In this document: in pieces, positions 25,700 through 38,700 of the stretch
How the letters are laid out: each line of letters begins with the position of its first letter
Numbering within the stretch: position 1 is the stretch's first letter
Source of the DNA: Octopus bimaculoides
Lineage: Eukaryota
NCBI RefSeq assembly: GCF_001194135.2
Contig: NC_068982.1
Coordinates: 2,388,349-2,438,459, forward strand
Reading direction: 5' to 3'
DNA: 50,111 nt
Position numbers and translations under genes: made by a program
Notes under the pieces: generated by a model
Seen by the model: only the letters and a program-made list of their open reading frames with translations
Database searches by the model: none
Told to the model about the DNA's origin: nothing

Positions 25700-26098
25700 N
25701 NNNNNNNNNNNNNNNNNNNNNNNNNNNNNNNNNNNNNNNNNNNNNNNNNNNNNNNNNNNNNNNNNNNNNNNNNNNNNNNNNNNNNNNNNNNNNNNNNNNN
25801 NNNNNNNNNNNNNNNNNNNNNNNNNNNNNNNNNNNNNNNNNNNNNNNNNNNNNNNNNNNNNNNNNNNNNNNNNNNNNNNNNNNNNNNNNNNNNNNNNNNN
25901 NNNNNNNNNNNNNNNNNNNNNNNNNNNNNNNNNNNNNNNNNNNNNNNNNNNNNNNNNNNNNNNNNNNNNNNNNNNNNNNNNNNNNNNNNNNNNNNNNNNN
26001 NNNNNNNNNNNNNNNNNNNNNNNNNNNNNNNNNNNNNNNNNNNNNNNNNNNNNNNNNNNNNNNNNNNCCTCCGTTTTTCCCTTCTTTGGACTTTCTTT

Positions 26099-26135
26099 GT
26101 TTCCGACGAAGAGCTCCGCTCGAAACGTCAAGTTC
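26099..26135 (+). ncRNA. Minimal type-I hammerhead ribozyme motif of Penelope-LTR type (U4C variant)
   Basis: gttt-CCGACGA-a-GAGC tcc GCTC-GAAAC-GTC-aagt. Core at 26103-26109, 4-bp stem II, palindromic ACGT stem III, GUC cleavage triplet at 26127-26129. Confidence 0.7.
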
Positions 26136-26322
26136 TTTTTCTTTCCTTTCCCGAGCGTCTAGTAACACAATCTGTATCACGTCCTCACGTTGTTGTTTTT
26201 TGTTGTTGTTTTTTGTCTTTTTCCTTTTTTGACGGTAATACTTGGAAGGTACTATAGCCGTGAAAACAGCATAAAGATTGGATATTTTACCGTTATAAAA
26301 CGAAAGAGTTGTCAGCAAACAA

Positions 26323-26390
26323 CTACGGGACTCGAACTCGCACTCATCGGATACCGGCTGTGCATTCTGACAGTAAGCTAAATTATCCGC
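26323..26390 (-). mobile_element. tRNA-derived SINE head / tRNA-like relic
   Basis: Minus strand has A-box-like TAGCTTACTG and B box GAGTTCGAGTCCC. No acceptor stem, so not a tRNA gene. Confidence 0.45.
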
Positions 26391-27080
26391 AAGCATTTAT
26401 ATGTTTACTTTATTGTGAGAAAATACTCCTTCAATATTTATTGTGCGACTCTTATCTCTCTTTACTCATTCAGGACTTTTTCCATTTCGCCCTGCGCAAC
26501 CCCACTAAGTTCGTTCGATAGATGCCAACTTTTTTCTATTGTATTTGTGGTATTTGTATTTATTATTATTAATTTTAACTTCTGTTTTAAAAAGCCGTAA
26601 GGCTTCGTGCTATTACACATGCACAATTCTTCGTCTGTTGTATTTATATAATGTCTTGTTGGTTTCTATCTCAGTATACGTTCGCTAGCGTTTTCCCAGT
26701 AATAGCTCTGATCTCAAGGATAATGGCGCGAAAAACTACGATGATATTTTGGCTCATTGCTTGACGAGGCAAATTCAGCTACGAATATTCCGTATATTGT
26801 GTCCCCGTCTAAATTCTTCGTTCGTTACATTTTCTTCTAGTTTCCCGTTTGCTCTGCTTCCGACTAACTTTTTCTCCTTGTGGTTTGTCTGTTCAACTCT
26901 TGATGTATTCTCTCATCGTGAACGAGGCTTAGGCAACATTGGTCAGATATGCTGTTTTATCCACCGTAACTGCAATATATTTGCTCTTAGAATTTGAAAT
27001 ATATCGTAAATATATTTTACATAACCTAAAGTTCACTTATGGCGAAATACTGCTTGGCGTTGATACTGCTATATATATAT

Positions 27081-27291
27081 AAGGTGAACTGACAGAAACG
27101 TCAGCACGTCGGGCGAAATGCTAAGCGGTATTTTGTCTGTCTTTACGGTCTGAGTTGAAATTCCGCCGAGGTCGACTTTGCCTTCCATCCTTTGGAGGTC
27201 GATAAATTAAGTACCAGTTGCGTATTGGGGTTGATCTTATCGACTGGCCCCCTCCCCTAAAATTTCGGGTCTTGTGCCTAGAGTAGAAAAG
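27081..27291 (+). mobile_element. SINE family A monomer
   Basis: aaggtgaactgacagaaacgtcagcacgtcgggcgaaatgctaagcgg...ccgccgaggtcgactttgcc...cttgtgcctagagtagaaaag, lying between (TA)n tracts. Confidence 0.92.
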
Positions 27292-28094
27292 TATGTATAT
27301 ATATATATATATATNNNNNNNNNNNNNNNNNNNNNNNNNNNNNNNNNNNNNNNNNNNNNNNNNNNNNNNNNNNNNNNNNNNNNNNNNNNNNNNNNNNNNN
27401 NNNNNNNNNNNNNNNNNNNNNNNNNNNNNNNNNNNNNNNNNNNNNNNNNNNNNNNNNNNNNNNNNNNNNNNNNNNNNNNNNNNNNNNNNNNNNNNNNNNN
27501 NNNNNNNNATATATATATATATGTATGTATGTATGTATGTATTTATTTTCTCTTAATTAATAATTAACTCTGACAAAATAAATTGATTAATAGATACCAG
27601 GGTAGCAAAGATCACAAAATGACTGTGGTGTAACTCCTGTTTATGAGGTAGAAACTCACTGTGATTTTGGGTATTTGAGTAAATATAAAAATTTAATAAA
27701 TGGAGTAATACACATATGTTAAATGAATTCTTCTATTTCCGACATATGTTTCGAAGATAACAAATGGTTCCTTCCAAAGGATAAATGATGTTGATAAAGA
27801 TGTAATCTTCTCTTCAGGGAAATACATAGGATCCAACTTAACCGTAAGACATTTTAACCGAATGTGATAACTGCGGGTAGAGAAGATTGCTACGTATCTT
27901 ATTTGAAAAAACAAAACGTTGGAGGTTGCAATGCTACGAGACAGTACGTTGGACAAGGAGGGAAGAAAAGAAGGAAATGAAGGAATTTAGAATTTAGAAT
28001 GGGAAGTCAATAAGATGATTTAAACCCGATAAAAATGGGAGAAGAGTGTTTTATGTATAATGGGACCGCAAAGGGGAATTAATCTTGTTTTTAT

Positions 28095-28290
28095 ACATGC
28101 AGTGTTGACATAAATGCCTATAAGTATATATACATATACATATATATATATATAAGTTCATATATATACATACATATGTACACATATATATACATATACA
28201 TACATGCACACATATATACACACACATACACATACATATACATAGACACATACATACATATACATACATTTGTACGCATATACACACGGT
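28095..28290. repeat. Degenerate (CATA)n/(TA)n/(CA)n microsatellite
   Basis: Seen directly. Confidence 0.95.
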
Positions 28291-28475
28291 AGTCGTGTGG
28301 TGATGAATACCAAAGCAGTGCTATATGTATAGGAAAATGATGCTTATATTAACTAGTAAGATATTAAGTGATTGACAATTTATAAAGGTGATGGATGGTC
28401 CATTAATCTAAAGAGAGAGATTGTGTTGCTAAGTGTTATATATATATATATATATATATATATATNNNNNNNNNN

Positions 28476-28777
28476 TCTTGCCGAACCGCTAAGTTACGGG
28501 GATGTAAACACATCAGCATTGATTGTCAAGCTATGCAGGGGGAACAAACACAGACACACAAAGATATACACGCACATACACACACACACACAAATATATA
28601 TACATATACATATATACGACGGGCTTCTTTCAGTTTCCGTCTACCAAATCAACTCACAAGGCTTTGGTCGACCCGAGGCTATAGTATAAGACAGTTGCCC
28701 CAGGTGCCATGCAGTGGGACTGAACCCGGAACAATGTGGTTGGTAAGCACGCTACTTACCACACAGTCACTCCTGCG

Positions 28778-28780
<3 letters not shown>
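28476..28780 (-). mobile_element. SINE family B (5' two-thirds; 3' end lost in gap)
   Basis: Reverse complement of the 11821 head (...gtgggactgaacccgg...cttaccacacagtcactcctgcgcct), with the internal microsatellite. Confidence 0.92.
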
Positions 28781-28824
<44 letters not shown>

Positions 28825-29586
28825 GTGTGTGTGTGTTTTACGGGAGTGAAAGAGAGAGAGAGAGAGAGTGTGTATATATGTATGTATGCATTTACGTATG
28901 AACACTTATGTATAATATTATCGTCATCGTCAACAAAGTTGTCGTTCAGCCAGTCGTATCACGATATTGCCAATGTGATGAATATGACCGTTCAGTTCCT
29001 GGTCATTTTATTTATTTCCAAATTTCAAATACTCTTCGTTTAAATACATTAAAAGTAATCCTGTTCTTTGCCCTGTTGTTGTAAAAATCGATCTAAATTT
29101 GACTCGAAATTCCAGGGAGGCAATCAATTGTTCAAGGGCGCATGGTTCAATTAACAAATTCACACAACATATATTCACCATTGAATGTATGAATTGACTT
29201 GCATAGACTGCTGTTGATAATATTATCATCGTAAAGATAGAGATCATTCATATGTAGCGATTCACTCACAAACAAGGAGTGTCAGCTGGTCCGTGCAGTA
29301 GATTATTATACATATATATATATTATTTTACATGCATACATATATATGCATATTTATACACACACGGAAACGCCTACACATATACACACACTCATATAGA
29401 CATACTGCTTCATAAATATGTATATGTGTGTGTAAACTTTGCACTAATAAAACCTCATATATAAACTAACTTATTAACTTGATATTACACTATTGTTTTG
29501 GAACCACTGACGGCAACGCTATCAATAAAACATCAAAATTCGGAGAGTTACCAATGCACACAGGCACGCACACTCACGCAAAAGCG

Positions 29587-29625
<39 letters not shown>

Positions 29626-29643
29626 ACACACACNNNNNNNNNN

Positions 29644-29688
<45 letters not shown>

Positions 29689-29899
29689 GTCATCTGATGA
29701 CAAAGTGAAGCCAGTAGTTAAAAAATGTCATTTCTTTGTGAAGAATGTTTTTAACAGATTTCATACTGCAAATGTTCGATCTTATATCAGATATTTTTAC
29801 ACTACTAAGTCTTAGATTATTGTAATATAAGTACATCATTGCTATACATGTGATAAGCTAAACTGCCATTTTATATTTCGGACTGAAAGGATACGACCG

Positions 29900-30888
29900 T
29901 ATCAGCAATTTTGACACGCCCTACTAAATTCATGTCACAAATTACTTGTGTGAAGAATGCGGATGAAACGTTCGAAGCTGGCTATGCAATGAATATTTGT
30001 GTTAAGCCGGGCAAAAATGGTACAGAAATTTATGAAATGCTCCAGGCTGCTTATAGATTAACTTCTATGAGCCGAGTTCAGTTTTTCGATGACGCAAGCA
30101 CTGTATAAAGGAGAGGAAAGGAGATCAGAGGTTGAGAAGAGGGTCGAAGACTGTCGTTAGTCTATAAAGAGGATAAGCCAACAGATTGGAGTTGGTGTGG
30201 AAGCTGCACATAAAATTATTTAACGAAGGTCTGAACATTCGCAAAAATTGTGCAGCCCTTGTTCCGAGAGGACTCAGTGACAAACCGGAAAGATGCACTG
30301 GTGAAAGCAGAGAGGTGGTTGAGCTCAATAGCGCCAGTCGAAGAGTATTCGAGTGAGACGAAAACTGTATCTAAGAGACCGTGTGCCCAGCAGTCTGATC
30401 TTGGTACTTCCAGATCCAAGGAGGCCAAGCAAAGTAAGTGCACCGCCAAGCTAATAATGATACATTTTTAACAACAAAATGGGTATCGTCTATGTCCACT
30501 TCGTTCCGCCGTGGTCAGACTGTCAACAAAGAATACTGTATGAAGTTTTTGAAGGCGATCAGGAGGGGCCCATCCACTCGGGTAGGTGGAACCTTCACCA
30601 GGACAGTGCACCAGTCCACAATTCCATCTTTGAAACCAACTACTTGATAGATACATCAAAGCTATTCTTTATTTTCTCTACGGCGTAGATTTTGATCCTA
30701 GTGACTTCTGGTTGTCCCACAAAATGGAGAACCTCAGTAGTCCTTTAGAAGAAATTGAGAACATGAAGGAGTCTGTGACAAGCGTTCTGCTTACTTTCCC
30801 TTTAGAAGACATCCATGGGAAAGTCATGAAGAGATTGTAGCGCTACAAGGCCATTGAAAAAGTCTCAAAACTTCTTGAATGCACCTTG
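29900..30888 (+). mobile_element. Dead mariner (Tc1/mariner, DD34D-type) transposon
   Basis: YAMNICVKPGKNGTEIYEMLQAAY (HTH), KEAKQSK, GQTVNKEY, WNLHQDSAPVHNSI, DFDPSDFW. The 3' end reads TACAAGGTGCATTCAAGAAGTTTTGAGAC on the minus strand, a mariner-like TIR with TA. Confidence 0.9.
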
Positions 30889-30890
30889 TA

Positions 30891-30973
<83 letters not shown>

Positions 30974-30976
<3 letters not shown>

Positions 30977-31085
30977 ATTGTTCAGTTGTATTTCAAGATT
31001 TCTTACCAATAAAGAAAGAGTCGGTTTCTAACCTAGATCCAAGACTCCTTCATTGGAATTTCAACCATATTAACAGGGTATATTT
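30974..31085 (-). mobile_element. 3' tail of the (CATA)n-associated R4-like LINE (solo)
   Basis: tcattgttcagttgtatttcaagatttcttaccaat...ctaacctagatccaagactccttcattggaatttcaac directly abuts (TG)n. Confidence 0.82.
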
Positions 31086-31507
31086 GTTTGATTTTTATGC
31101 ATGCATGTATGTATGGATGTGTATGTACGTAGGTATGTAAAGATTTTTCTGATTAAAACTAAGGAAATATTCTGCTACCAAAATGATGCGAAATTTTGTG
31201 ATTATTGTCCAACGTTACGTGATAAGAAACAACGTGTCTCTGGACCTATACTGTAAATTATCACTGTACTGTAACTTTAAATATACCACAGAAAATATTT
31301 TAAAAAACGAGACTAACTGATATCATTTTCAATGATTTTATAGCAAGTATTTTGAAACGTAATAAATTGATTAATGGACATTCTGGCCTGAATTTAATCA
31401 CAAGTTAAAGCAGTAAAACTAATCGCTCCGATGTTTTGACGTTCCAGCCATTACCACGGCATTACTTTTAGAATATCATATTTTGAATTATTATTATTAT
31501 TATTATT

Positions 31508-32060
31508 GAGTGAGAGAGCAGTGCATGTCATCAAAGTGACACTGGGGTAAACTATATGAAGCCCATTATACCCATCATGACTACCCGTCTGATAAGGGTA
31601 CACCAGGCACATGCATCACAACCATATGTGCGCAACATGGTGATCTCATATCAAGATAAACAGTGCATGACCTCCCAGGTGGGGCCCAGTTAGAATTTTC
31701 CTTAGGTCGAGTAGGCCATCCCGCTCAAAAGGTTCCTGAATAAGGTTTGTTTAAGGATGTTGAGCAAAACACCCATGTTTTCAAAGGTGAATTATTCAAA
31801 CCTCAAAGAATTCCTCTCAACACATGGCTATGATGTTCCCCCACTACTTCTGCTCATGATCAGAGATGCACATATCATCAGCCACCAAGGGACATGCTCA
31901 ACTGGTTAAGGTGAAACAACTGACAAGCAAATCTGGTATTAAGCAGAATATTTGCTGTAGCCCATCTTTTTATACCAAGGCAGAACAATGTACATGATAA
32001 CACTTCCAATCAATTAAGATCAGAAGCCATGAGAGCCACTGCCTGGTACTGCATCCGGGC

Positions 32061-32062
<2 letters not shown>
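31508..32062. mobile_element. ~555-bp non-coding interspersed element embedded in (TTA)n
   Basis: Sharp-edged GC-richer block with (TTA)n at 31487-31507 and 32063-32127. I recall it as an abundant Octopus repeat. No coding motif seen. Confidence 0.7.
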
Positions 32063-32128
<66 letters not shown>

Positions 32129-32689
32129 CAGAAATGTTGCTGAACGTCTAAATGGAGAGTTGAATGATGGTATACTGATAGAAAATACGGAACGTCTTAT
32201 GAAGAGGAAAGTAGCATTTTCGGTAACAATTACGAGTAAACATCTACTAACCTCCAGCAGCCAACGGAATGGTTGATTGTTCCGATATAGATGAACCTTA
32301 TTATGCTTCAGATCCAACATTGTTGTTTTTAAATGAAAAATAAATAAATAAACAAATTGTTAATTAAAATAATATGAATTTCGTTTGATCTCTTACTATC
32401 ACCCATAACTGGCGGGTTAATTACTGGTGTACCAATCAAAGAATTCGGAAGTTATCTAAATATCTTTCGGCGTATTTTCCACTTTCTAGATAATAATAAT
32501 ATTATCATCACTATCATTACGTCATTTTAGTCGGAAATATATGTTAAATTCTTTGAGAAAACTGACAAAAGTTTTAGCCTATTACGAAAACAGAAGAATA
32601 TACAGTGAGAAACAGGAAGTTCTATTTCGTATATTTCATACTTTGCAATGTCCTGAATGTATTGATTTAGTATTAGATTCAAATTTTGA

Positions 32690-32825
32690 CACAGGCCATC
32701 ATTTTTGGAGGAAAGGTAAGTCAATTCCATCGACCCCAGTTCACACCTGGTACTTTATCGACTTTGATGTCATTTGAAATATTTTGTACGCTGCGCCAAA
32801 CGATTCTGTCAGCTCGTCGTCTTTA
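32690..32825 (-). mobile_element. SINE family A, internally deleted copy
   Basis: Tail catcgaccccagt...ctggtactttatcgac and head end aacgattctgtcagctcgtcgtcttta. Confidence 0.7.
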
Positions 32826-32889
32826 GTTATTACTTCATATCGATTTCAAGAAGGGCAGCAGGTTCAGGGAGTGGGCAATGAGAAGGTGA

Positions 32890-33240
32890 GACTGACCACT
32901 GGATTGCTACTTATGTTATTGTTGTGTAGACACCCCCAGGCGATAAGTAGGCGAGTCCAATACGTATAAATAGCTAGGCGAAAAACGTCGAGCAGAGCGG
33001 AAGAGCGGGAGAGCGAGACAGAGCCGTCGGTAGACTAGACGTAGAGTACGGTAGAGTCGAGTCGAACGGAAGTGAGAGTTGAGTAGAGATCATCCGCACG
33101 TGCGATATAACATTTATCGACCTCAACGTATGAAAGACAAAACCGAACTCAGCGGAATTTGAACACAGAAGGGAAAGACGTGTGAAATACCGGTAAGCCA
33201 TTTTTCCGGCGCACTAACGATTCTGCCAGCTCGCTGACGT
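32890..33240 (-). mobile_element. SINE family A copy interrupted by a solo LTR
   Basis: Left part ends ...tacttatgttat. Right part resumes tttatcgacctc...gaatttgaacacag...aacgattctgccagctcg. Confidence 0.7.
32920..33112 (+). mobile_element. Putative 193-bp solo LTR
   Basis: TGTTGTG...TATAACA termini, TATAAATA at 32965-32972, CpG-rich. Candidate 5-bp TSD GTTAT/TTTAT matches the SINE consensus site. Confidence 0.6.
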
Positions 33241-33929
33241 GTTTTAAGATTAAAAGCAAAACAAAAATCCAAATTCTGAAGTACTACTGATAAGGCCACA
33301 GGAGCTGCATTATATATACAAAGATATGCAACAATAGAAAGGATAAGGGAAATTATAGACGGAACACATCCAGGCAATCAATACGAATTCCAAAGCATAA
33401 TTTAAAACACACGAAATGAATGGAAATTTAAATTTATAAATCAGTGAACAAAATTACCAGTAAAAGTCAAATGTGAAAACTATGCATCATGTACGTTGGG
33501 TTCAGGTACCGAATGCAGGCGTGACAAATAAAGAAACAAACATTCGATGTAAGGGCTTCTAAAAGCACTTCCATGAACGAGTGGTGAGGAACAAGTAGCC
33601 AAATCGAAGGATGTATTTCAATGTCTTAGTGGCAATGTTGCGAAAAAGCCCATAGCAGCAGCGAAAGTTCATGAGATGGTTGGCTAGTGTTTAATTGCCT
33701 TGCTTGGATGGTCTTGCATACTTCAGTATGCTAGACGAGTGTACAAACCTTTTGGCCGATATCTTCTGAGTCTAGAGTAGAATGGAAGAGTTATTTTCCA
33801 TGGTAGCCATGAATAAGTGGTGTGTGTGTGTGCGCGCATGCTCGCGCGTGTATTGTTCTTTAGTTGAAGGAGGAAATTGGACACGTCATCAAATGGAAAT
33901 AGCACTCTTGTCCACAGAATCCGTATATT

Positions 33930-34510
33930 TCCATGCTTAAGATTTCAAAAAATCGCTAAGACGTGTAAAATATTTATCAACCGCTCTGAAGAAGGATTTT
34001 ATGCAACACATCGATATAGAAAGATTTTAAAATGAGTATAACGTAAAGGTGTCGTTCAGCTGTGCACTTAACGTCAGAAGATATTAATTAAACCCACTAA
34101 ATTGCGGGGTAGGCATGATGTTAATATAGGACATGAAACTAGTGCCCAATGAACAGTGAATGCAACACACAAGCTATAATCTACAAAGAAACATAGCATC
34201 AGCCTATAGCAACTATACACATCATATACGGAAATAGTCGTAGCAACATCAAGGCTACGCTTCGTAATCACACATCTCCTTTCAGGAGCTTGGAAAAGCC
34301 TAATGCTACATCATTATCTAACTATATATGGCCATGTGAAAAGGATCTGACGTCGTATAACATGAAATGGTACTTGCTGGAATGGTCTAACCGAATGGCA
34401 ACAGAAGTAGGAGGGTAGACACTGCTTAACAGGAGAAGATATCGATAATCGAACGTTTGAATTACAAATGATTTGTTATCATACTTTAAAAAACAAACTT
34501 GCTAATCAAA
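33930..34510 (+). mobile_element. Penelope-like element, linker plus GIY-YIG endonuclease relic
   Basis: YNVKVSFSC, PMNSECNTQAIIYK, RNHTSPFRSLEKPNATSLSNYIW...YNMKW, ELQMICYH (cf. VKVSYSC, CPLxGxCL..NIIYKA, NH..SF...NAT.LS.YIW.LK...Y.IKW). Confidence 0.82.
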
Positions 34511-35574
34511 TAGGCAAGGGTGAATTTGTGTGATTTACCTCTAGATTATGTAATTCGTAGTTAATGTTACATTTCAACGATTTTAAACATCTGAACTTAA
34601 ATTGCCGAATGCGTATTTAGAGTGATTTGTAAAATGTTGTGTACGAACAATGTATTTCTACTGTATATCCTTGTATTTATGAAATTTTCATTCTGAATTG
34701 GTTTCAATACGATATATCGTAGAGATTTTCTCTTCATAATTTTCGCGTTGATGTATCCAGTGACGATGAAATGCACCGAGAGTGAACATAAAGCGCAGAG
34801 TAGGACCCGGCACTCAAGAGGTTATTCGGTCTGTATACCCTTGTGACTCAAGGACCCCACCAGAAATTTATATGGTAAAAGGAGAGAATGTTCGCTTTTT
34901 AAAATGTTTTGTCGGAAATATCTTTAATATTTAAATTGCAATTTTACAGTGAACGTAAATTTACATGACAAATTATATGAAATATGAATATTTATAAATG
35001 TAAATTATATGTTAATGCTATGAAATAGATAAATTCTTGAAAGGAATATGATCGGTATTACAGTTCTTACCACATTACACATTTGAATGAAACAAATATG
35101 CTAAATAGCAACATATGTCGAAGATTACATTTAGCCTGTGAAATATGGACTGAGTGACATGTCGATGAAGCATCTGCGTATGCTAATGGTTTCTCTACAC
35201 ACCCTTTTAGAGACTTTGCTTACATGTCTAAAAACATACACAGATATGCGCATACTTATACACATGTAAGTACACACACACAGGCACACATACAAATACA
35301 CACACACATGCAAACACCCACATACCATGCACAAATACACAGACATTACACATATTCATACATATACACACACATGCATACATATACGTGCATTTTGTAT
35401 CTGTGTATTTAATTGTTTATTCATGAGTATTGCATATATAACAACAATTATATTATTTTGAAGCAAAATATACCATGACCACCTTTTATCTTTTATATAG
35501 TGGTAAATGTTTCACAGTGAAAATTAGTAGTGTCACTTTAATTGTTTATAAAACCTATGTAAATCGTTGCTCTG

Positions 35575-35742
35575 TCTATCAGCTGAAAACCGGGGTTCGA
35601 TTTAATCGACTTAGACGCTCCCCCAATACTGCTGGCCTTGCGCCGAAATTTGAAACCAATTGACGACGAGGGCGACAAGTTGGAAGAATCGTTAGAACGC
35701 CAGGTAAAATGCTTAGCGGCATGTCACCCGTCTTTACGTTCA
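35575..35742 (+). mobile_element. SINE family A: tail of one copy followed by head of another
   Basis: ggggttcgatttaatcgactt...aaatttgaaaccaat, then gaatcgttagaacgccaggtaaaatgcttagcggc...tctttacgttc. Confidence 0.75.
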
Positions 35743-38700
35743 ACATGACTCTGCTTCCTTCCCGTCTTATTCATTAGAACGTGTCGGTATTACTTGTCTG
35801 TGACATGCGTCACTCCTTGTGTAATTTCCTAGTTCTTCTAACCGATTTCTATAGTCTTCTTGTTTATTTTCCCATCTCTAAGTGGAATACTATCGACATG
35901 CAACGGCTCAGCAGTTTCTTTTTCTTGTGCATCATTATTGTTTATCTGTTAGTCGATGTTAGCTATTATTGCTATTATTAATAAGCTTGTAACTGGGTAG
36001 TATTGGAATCTTAAAATGTTCATATAAATTGTTAACCGAACCAGAGGATAAAAATATAGAGATTGTTGGCGAAAACGCTGTGAGAATCGTTTTAACTCAT
36101 TTCTTTCACGCAGTGAATGAAAAGGTCTTCAATAATTGGGAGAAATCATCAAACTCAATAGCGTTTATATCCCACATTAGAACTCCCCGTCAATATATAT
36201 CATGGTGTCATGTATAAATATGAACACTGCTATCAGATAAAATATTTTTTCTGAAAATATCTATTGCACCATTTCAATTAACAAACTGGGAGTTCGTCAC
36301 TTCATAAAGAATCCGAATTAATTCAACGACACGATCGAATAGAGAACCCAAATATTTATTGAAGAATATTCCCAAGAGAAGTTAATTTCCTACCTTATCA
36401 TCACTTACGTTATATTTAACAGAAATGCCGTCAAGTATATGGCTAATTTCATGGCATAATTTCGATATGTATTCAAAACACATCACAGACGTAAGTGCTC
36501 CGATCTTACTGTGCACATGGTTAAGGCTAGAATGATTGAGTAAATTATTGTGAATGGAATCATAAATGACCAATGGCATATATCTCCAAGGATCGATAAA
36601 TCATAATATATAACTCGCATCTTTCTCAGAAACATAAATTGTATTGATTCCTCTAGGTTTACATGTGTGTGTGTTTGTCACTCATATACATATAACAGTA
36701 TGTGTGTTTCTGTGTGCGTGTGCGTGTGCGTGTGTGTATGTGTGTCCAAACACACGCATACACACACACACACATTATGTATATATGCATATATGTATAT
36801 ATGTCTGCTGTGTCTATTCATGTGTAGATGTGCGTGATTGCTTTTTGCGAATATCTGCGTTCGTAAACAGACAAATGCAGGAAAGTTTGGAAAGTAACTT
36901 TATATATGATTTATAACTATTGTATTAGTTTTGATAGAGCGCGGGATTATTTATCAGAAATAATTTCCCTAAAATACCTGATGCTAATTATTATTGCGTA
37001 CTTTTTGAGTATGCGATTTTCAAATCACTACACATTTATTTTTTCATTATATGATTGCCGCTCATCAACTTTGTGCATTGCTACCTAATGCAAATGCGTA
37101 ACTGATAAGAAATTGATGATTGATATTCATATTATTCACCCATCATACTTATTCCGATGGAAATCTAGCTTTATTCATGCCTAATAGCATTCAATTGTTC
37201 GGAGGTAATATACAGCAAAATGAATGTTATAAATATTCTGCTTGTTAGAAAATGCTATTTGGGAAATGTATTTGGCAACATGTATTATTGTCGATTAAGG
37301 TACAATATTACAAATCTTGGAGAAAAGGTAAATGTTTCATTTTCATCAATGCGTCTGAAGATAATAACAGCGTGAAAGTACACAAAAGTTGATATCTTAT
37401 GTCGAAAGTATTGAACTTACTTTTAAACATATTTGTTCATGGGTTCAATTCTCCCTCAAAGCAACTCATTATGTTTCTTGCGGAAATGTTTTATTCTAAG
37501 TTGTTTGTATTCATTTTTTCAATTTTCTACTAACTGTCAAAAATCAGAATCGGATAAGGGAATATCATCTAATAACTGTGAATCTCTCTTGAGGAAATTC
37601 ACTTAAATTAATATCATTTCCAGTTATTAATCTCAACTTAATGAAGGTTGTTGCATAAAACTAGTACGGACATGTACTCCAATAATCAAAACCAGTATTT
37701 GATTTGATGATTAATTAGAATAACCCGTAATATATGTGTGTATCTGAATGCACAAAAATTTCATACGAAAACAATATTCGTTTCGATTATTTTTTGTAAA
37801 CTAGAATATAGATGGAGAGTAGCAAACGGAAAGTACAGAAGAGCTTTGCAAACATAACGTTTGGTGGTTTCTGACCTGCAATGCTCAATAAATTATAGAC
37901 TATAGCTTGCGGTTCCGTTGTCATGTAGATATATGATTTAGTTTGCTAGTATTCTCGAATAATTGACAAGCACGTGTAGGTTTAGACTTCCGTTTTTGTA
38001 ATTATTATTATTTTTGTTTTGTTTTATTTTTGGCAATCTGAACAATTGCAAGTGCTGGTTGCTTCAATTTTTGTAATATCTATTCGGTGAGTTTTGTACA
38101 ATTCCACTTAAAACGCCATAGAGTTTTGAAGTGGCTCTATACATCATTGCTTTAGAAGAAACGTAATCCTCTAAGAATTTCACTTCTGCAATTTATGCCT
38201 TTACAAACTACTTTGGAGAAAGTAGCTACCTTGCCTCTTGCTTTCAATCGTATGAAGCGCTGTTATCCGATCAAGATTAGCCTTTCTTAAATTGAGGACA
38301 TTTGAAGAGTATTTACACGAACCTCTTGTTATTTACACACTGAAACGCAGGCTAGATCATATTACTAGCAATCGTGCACTTTCACATGTATGAATAGTGT
38401 GTTCTTTGTAAGTAAATTGCTCTATAAATCGCCTTCTTTTGTATTGCGCCGCTATTATTTTAACAAGTCTAAATATCGTAGCATGAGTTATATTTATGAC
38501 GCCAGTAACGTTCTTCACTATGTCCGGGGGCGGTTGGTTGGTTGGGTGGTGAAATTCTTAATTTTGTATAAAGCTTCACTTGACTTTCTTATATGGCGGG
38601 GGTTTGCCGGTAGCTAAATCTCGTTTTATGTTAAAATGTTGTCTAATGTGATAATGGAGTTATTTTAATTGATTTTACTCAATATTTTAAACCTGTACAT

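Noticed and set aside
26323-26390. Functional tRNA gene (also considered for 49550-49618)
   Set aside because: There is no acceptor stem at 26323-26390 and no proper anticodon or T stem at 49550-49618.
31990-32062. HDV-like ribozyme at the end of the TTA-embedded element
   Set aside because: A ~9-bp hairpin is possible, but I could not build the P1/P2/P3 nested pseudoknot or the J4/2 catalytic C by hand.
32754-33121. Apparent 9-bp TSD TTTATCGAC around a 350-bp insert
   Set aside because: The word is the same consensus position in two separate family A SINE copies. The interval contains a SINE head end and is better explained by the solo LTR.
20165-34510. One giant Penelope element linking RT (20-21 kb), hammerhead (26 kb) and GIY-YIG (34 kb)
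   Set aside because: Order and orientation are inconsistent, and there are kilobases of unrelated sequence between the pieces. Separate relics are more parsimonious.
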